The notes beneath the pieces are model-generated. The model saw nothing but the letters and a program-made list of their open reading frames with translations, was not told where the DNA came from and searched no databases. A stretch of DNA of 64,000 nt from Hypanus sabinus (lineage: Eukaryota), in contig NC_082715.1 of NCBI RefSeq assembly GCF_030144855.1, positions 146,196,001-146,260,000 on the forward strand. The letters run 5' to 3'. The position numbers were made by a program, and so were the translations under genes. Of the stretch, positions 61,401 to 64,000 are shown one piece after another (within the stretch, counting starts at the first letter, position 1; every line of letters begins with the position of its first letter).

Positions 61401-64000
61401 ATTTATAAAAATCTTGAAAAGTGTTATTGATTTCTTTATAATCAGTAGTTAAATTACCGTCTTGTTTACGAATTTTAATAATTTGTCGCTTAGTCGAAAT
61501 AGCTTTTAATTGATTAGCTAACAATTTACCAGTTCGATCACTATGAATATAAAATTGAGCCCTAGTCTTAATTAATTGATTCTCAATTGAAGAAGATAAT
61601 AATAAACTATGTTCCATTTGAAGCTCAACTCTCTTCTTATAAAGTTCTTTGGTAGGAGTAACGGAATAAATCTTATCAATTTCTTTAATTTTTTCCACCA
61701 ATAAAGCTATATCTGAATATCTTTGTTTTCTTTTACCAGCGGAATATGAAATAATTTGTCCACGAATAAAAGCCTTGAAAGAGTCCCAAAGTATTCCTTT
61801 ATCAATCTCTTCATTATAGTTTGTTGAAAAAAATAAGTCAATTTGTTGTTTTATGAAGGTAATAAATTCTGGATCTTGAAGCAAAGTAGCATTAAGTCTC
61901 CAAGATCTAGTATTGATAGAAGAGTCCGGAATCTTGATAGATAACTTCAAAGGCGCATGATCCGAAATAGCAATAGAATCGTATTTACAATCAATAACAT
62001 CTGTTAATAAACGATGATCAATAAGGAAATAATCAATTCTAGAATAACTATGATATACATGTGAAAAAAATGAAAATTCTTTATCTTTAGGGTTCAAAAA
62101 CCGCCATATTTCAGTAATTCCAGAATCAACCATAAAAGAATTAATAAGTAAAGCTGATCTATTCGGAAGAGTTCGAATAGGTTTAGATCTATCCATCGAA
62201 GGATTCAAACAACAATTAAAGTCTCCACCCATAATCAACATATATTCATTCAAATTAGGAAGAGAAGTAAATAAACGTTTAAAAAATTCAGGACAATCAA
62301 AGTTTGGAGCATAAATATTAACTAAAACAACTTTCCGATTAAAAAGTGAACCAGTTATCAATAAAAATCTACCCTGTGGATCCGAAATAATTTCATAATG
62401 TGTAAACGAAATTGAGGCGTCTATAAAAATAGACACACCCCTAATTTTAGCGGTACAAATTGAGTGAAATTGTTGACCTTTCCAGAACCTAAAAAAATGT
62501 TGATTATCCTCCCTCCTAATATGGGTCTCCTGTGCAAAAATAATATTAGCGTTCAATCTATGGAATACTTTAAATATTTTTTTACGTTTAATCGGATGAT
62601 TTAAACCATTAGTATTCCACGAGATAAAGTTAATAGATTTATCCATCATACCAATATTAATTGTGTGTATCATAAAAGGTTAAAAAGACACATAACCCAC
62701 AATTTAGGAAGAAGGAAAATTGATTCAGGAGCAACCGGAGATCCTGACACCTCAACAATATTAACAATTTAAAGTCAGCCCATAAACTAAAAGCAAAAAA
62801 ATAAAAAGCAAAAGCGTGAAAAAAGATCCCTCCCCCCTCCCCCGACCCTTTGAAAGAAAGCCAAGCGGCAGGCGCATAAACTAATACTAATATTACCCCC
62901 ATTTCAAGATGGCAGCTCCATAAGAAAATGTTTTTAAGAAAAAACTATATAACACCCTAATTAAAATGAAGAGTTGCAAAAAAAAAAATATATATATATA
63001 TACCTACATATATATATATATACATACACATACACACACACATCAGACAAGTCAAAAAAAAACTAAAATAGTAAAACCAGAAAAATCATTAATAAAAAAA
63101 AATGAACATTAAAGTTTAAAAATGTAATACACCTTTAAAAAAGAAATTCCATATTCAGATACAAAGATGACGTTTCACAAGCCAAGACTTATGGGAAGAA
63201 GAAACGACATTTTGAGAAAGCCATATTACAAAATATGAATATAAATTCAGCAATCTAATAAGAAAATTTAGTAAAAAAAGTTATCAAAATAGAATTTTTT
63301 TTTAAAAAAAAGATTTAATAGACACTACAACATATATAAAAAAAGACTAAAAAAAAGAATTCAAAACCTTTGTTCCATTTCTAAATACAGGCAAGCAAAT
63401 AAACGCTTATAAAAAGTAAAGACTTATGGGAAGAAGAAACGACATTTTGAAAAAATAATTCATTATTACAAAATACAAACGTGTATAAAAAAGGATATTA
63501 TAAAAATTAAAACAGCATCTATAAGCAATAATAATAGTAGTAAAAAAAAGACCCAGACCCATAGTTCAAAATAAAAAGTTATAACCCAACTTCCAGGGTT
63601 AAAACTTAAAATGAAATGGCATCCTCTCTCCAAAAAAAAATCTTCAATGTAACTCATAGTTCAAGTTGCACTAGAGGATCGATATTCTTCAACAAATTTC
63701 TTCGCTTCTTCCGGAGTGTTAAAAAACCGTAGACTGTTGTCGGGCAGCACAATTCTAAGCTTCGCTGGATACATTAAAGCTTGTTTAAATCCAATCGAAT
63801 GAATCTCTGCCATCACTGATTTAAAAGCGATCCTGGCTTTCATTACTTCATACGAATAATCCTCAACAATTCGAAATGAGTAATTTTTGTAGGAGATCAT
63901 ACCTTTTTTACGAACTAATCGAATTAGAAGCTCTTTCTCACGAGGATAATGAAGGCGAACAATCACCGCTCGTGGTTTATCAGACACAGACGAAAACCTC
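58475..64000 (-). mobile_element. L1 copy in the duplicated unit (5' end outside the window)
   Basis: Same TSD at 58462-58474, same ORF2 frameshift, partial ORF1 at 63661-64000. Confidence 0.93.
58865..62649 (-). pseudogene. L1 ORF2, copy 2, same frameshift
   Basis: Translations of ORFs 58865..60913 and 60910..62673 are identical to copy 1. Confidence 0.9.

Larger units (their letters stand above)
43413..64000 (+). repeat. Tandem segmental duplication unit, copy 2 (runs off the window)
   Basis: Near-identical to 10411-~31000; by eye I found only 3 substitutions and 2 simple-repeat indels. Confidence 0.9.

Overview
Eukaryotic, repeat-rich window from a cartilaginous fish, probably a ray; the taxon is inferred from the gene organisation and repeat families. 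The core is a cluster-type immunoglobulin light-chain gene whose V and J are already joined in the genome. It has an octamer promoter, a leader exon (15686-15728), a fused V-J exon (15830-16180), a 4.6-kb intron and a lambda-like C exon (20780-21108). The gene, its flanks and a full-length L1 lie in a ~33.0-kb unit (~10411-43412) that is repeated head-to-tail almost perfectly from ~43413 to past the window end, giving a second identical gene (48688-54111). Older duplication rounds left a 5'-truncated pseudo-C exon (34839-34953), several diverged copies of the C-downstream block, and a fold-back inversion at the left edge. The rest is CR1, Rex/Babar, Penelope, hAT, SINE and solo-LTR debris; a 175-N gap sits at 41507-41681. 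Germline-joined light chains are known in cartilaginous fishes, so the gene type is not new. Worth a second look are the very recent duplication with a mappable crossover, the long-CDR2 V on a lambda-like C, an apparent conversion tract in the pseudo-C, and an L1 whose only lesion is followed by a phased U_UUU_UUA slippery site. All comparisons were made by eye; identities called approximate were not computed.
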